Under the pieces are notes generated by a model. The model was not told the origin of the DNA, did not search any database, and saw nothing but the letters and a program-made list of their open reading frames with translations. A program made the translations under genes and the position numbers. From the human T2T-CHM13v2.0 reference genome, Homo sapiens, in NCBI RefSeq assembly GCF_009914755.1, contig NC_060948.1: DNA of 64,000 nt, one strand, 5' to 3'. Positions 61,344 through 64,000 of the stretch are shown in pieces (position 1 is the stretch's first letter; each line of letters opens with the position of its first letter).

Positions 61344-61729
61344 CTTTTTGAAGAGTTTCAAATAATTTTTGAATGTATATTTAAACTATTACAAGAAAAT
61401 TATCTATAGAACCAAATTTCAGATTTATCAAGTTTGTGATAGGTATAATAACCAATGGAAATATCAAATGGGCAGCTTAGCTATTGAAATAGAATTAGAG
61501 TTAAATGATTATAGAAGTATTCAGTAAAGACCTGCAGGTATTGAAAAGCATTAAAAATTTTGAAATAAAATAACAGGATTATATGTACCATTTAAGAGGA
61601 GAGATATCAGGAAAAAATAAGAACAGGGAGAAGAACCTATAATAGCAAATGTTATGTAAAATTTAAGGATAGTGAAGCCATTGCTGTTCTTCTCCATAGC
61701 AGCGTTGACATCTCTTTGTTAACAGTATC

Positions 61730-62092
61730 ACTGAAACTCCTGCTTCCATTTCCAAAATCCTGTCTTTCTGAAGCAGAGTTTTTTTCCAGTGACAGCAATC
61801 AAAACAAAATTATGAAGTAGACTGGACATAAGCACCACATTTTGAGTGTCACAGTCTCCCATCACCGTCAAATGGAACTGACTAGTTGCAAGAAAACTAG
61901 CTCAGGGCTCTCACTGATTCTACATTACAGTGAGTTGTATAATTATTTCATTATATATTACAATGCAATATAATAAAGTATGAAATAAACGTAATGTGCT
62001 TGAGTCATCCTGAAACTGTCCCCCTGCCCAGTCCATGGATAAGTTGTCTTCCACGAAACTAGTCCCTAGTGCTGAAAAGACTGGGGAGTGCT
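61730..62092 (+). mobile_element. hAT element 3' end (Charlie3/MER1-like)
   Basis: hAT C-terminal-like LLLPFPKSCLSEA...TAIKTKL, and terminus ttccacgaaactagtccctagtgctgaaaagactggggagtgctg. Confidence 0.78.
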
Positions 62093-62461
62093 GCAATATA
62101 GAAAGAAAAATTTAAAGAGAGGAAAACACAAAATCTATAACAGCTTTAATAATATATGCACTAATGCTGTACAGAATACACTAATTTCATTCATTTATTT
62201 AAGTATCAACCAATACATACAGACCAGTACAAATGCCTGTAATTGTTTTAGGAGAACATTGAATGAAACAGCAAGAGAGAAAGATAGCAAATTAAAAATA
62301 TACGTGTATGATTATCAGAGAAAGACCCCCATCTCTATAAACAAAAATCTACATGTGCACGTCAAGTTGTAATGAGTACTAAGAACAAAAAAGAAGAATG
62401 AGAGAAGAAAGAGACAGATACATTAATTCATGTAGAATGATCAAGGAAGTTTGTCTGGGAT

Positions 62462-62830
62462 TACAGTGGTTAACATTGCAGGTTTTAGAGTCAGACAGAT
62501 GCCAGTTTTTATCCTGGCTCTGTGTCTCGTAGCTGGGTGTCCCATGGACAATTTATTCCACTTTTAAATCTCAGTTTTCAAATTTCTAATTTCTAAATGT
62601 TTATTAGAAATAAAAGCACATGAACAAACTAAACATACATAAAGAATCAAGCACAGAAAACTGATGAGGGTGTATAATGAATCAAGAATAATGGTTATAA
62701 AAATGGAGATAATAAATTTGTCAAACTTATTAGACAATTCTGAAGATTAGAAGATGAATATACATAAAGAATTTTGCATGTCATGTGGCATAACACTCAT
62801 GGTAACTACAATTATTATCCTCATATTACT
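62462..62830 (+). mobile_element. MIR fragments
   Basis: cagtggttaacattgcaggttttagagtcagacagatg...atcctggctctg...tctcagttttc, and later taaaaatggagataata...gaagattagaaga. Confidence 0.6.
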
Positions 62831-63669
62831 AAAGGAAAATATGTGTCGTTCTTGGGCATTAAAAAAGCTGTGGGCCGTACTTTTTCAAATTATGCAAACA
62901 CATAAAGATTCATTTTTATGTTAAACAGTTCTTCCTTTAACATTTTTAAAAGAGATTTCTTGAAAGCATATGTCAAAAATCTCATGTAATGCTTTCTGCT
63001 TCTTAACCAAAGTTTAGAGAAACTTAACAATGAAACTTTTAAAATGTAGTTACATTACATAAACTATTTAAGGCAAGAATAAGCACAACAGCTTTAACTT
63101 CTTAAATATGCTTAAGCATTTCAACTAAAAAATTATTTCTTTCAAATTCACAGGAATCTGTTTAGAAAAATTTTAACTAGGAAAAGTTGGAATTCTAAAG
63201 TAAACAGTGCCTAAGGCCATAAAGTTTTTTATGGCTTTTAATTTCAATGTCAACGAGGGGGAAAAAAACATTCTCTGAAATTTGCTTTTATTCCATTAAA
63301 GACTTATTTTTTTATTACCAGCAATACAGAGTGACTCAGGTTGAATCTTGAAGGTAAACTGTAACTTAATTTTAAGTTTTGGCTAATTTTTAAGGATTTC
63401 TCAGTCACCTATCATGATTTCATCTCAGAAACCAAGATCTCAATTTCATATAGACATTTGGAATATTAAAATAGAAGGATAATGCTTCAAAATAATATTC
63501 ATGTAGAGGCTTGCATATGTGGACCAGGAATCTTCATGTATTACAAAGTTTATGAGAACATAACAAATGCTGATACACACATTTAAGTCTGAAACAAAAA
63601 TTTACAACAAACAAAATTGTAACAAATCAAGAAAATTCTGTGGGTTACACATTTTATGTCTAAAAATAC

Positions 63670-64000
63670 AGGTATTAAACACTCAAGGATGGATAGAAGA
63701 ATAAATCACAAGAGAAAACAGAAAATATCTAGAGACAAATTAAAAATATGAAATACCAAAAGTTAAGACATACATCAAAAGCAGTAGCATAAGAGAAAAA
63801 TTTATAGTTATAAATGATTATAAAAAGTAAGATATCAAATCAACAACTTAACTATATAGCTAATGAACTAAAAACAGAGGGAAAAAGAGGGAACAACTAA
63901 AAGCTAGCAAAATAAAAAATGATAAAGATAGCAGTGGAAATAAGTGAAAGAGAATAGAAAAATATCAAAATACAACAAAACCAAGTTTGTTCTCTGAAAA
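63670..64000 (+). mobile_element. Old L1M ORF2 fragment running off the right edge
   Basis: aaatcacaagagaaaacagaaaatatctagagacaaat...aaaagcagtagc...aaatttatag...aaatcaacaacttaa. Confidence 0.7.

Overview
This is primate (most likely human or great-ape) nuclear DNA: AT-rich, CpG-poor and dominated by transposable-element fossils. I find no intact protein-coding gene, rRNA, tRNA or CRISPR array, and nearly all supplied ORFs derive from repeats. Recognisable content: (i) many L1 copies, including a 5'-inverted (twin-primed) L1PA with a perfect 16-bp TSD; (ii) about 14 Alus, plus MIR, L2, MaLR, Tigger3, Charlie3/MER1 and a full-length Hsmar2 mariner; (iii) a processed ELOC (TCEB1) pseudogene inside an old L1; (iv) a ~3.1 kb degenerate interstitial (TTAGGG)n array; (v) a 20-bp minisatellite with a 319-bp higher-order duplication; (vi) an ~11 kb minus-strand ERV composite in which a tRNA-Ile-primed HERV15/RRHERV-I-like provirus, a second class I gag fragment and a betaretroviral (HML-6-like) RT/env/3'LTR are joined end to end; (vii) several orphan minus-strand exon-like segments and a probable second, unidentified retrocopy. 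The mix resembles a segmentally duplicated pericentromeric or Y-ampliconic region, but that is inference. Subfamily names come from recalled consensus sequences and need RepeatMasker/Dfam confirmation. Repeat boundaries are approximate unless a TSD or TIR is quoted. I see no convincing new functional system; the best leads are structural and evolutionary.
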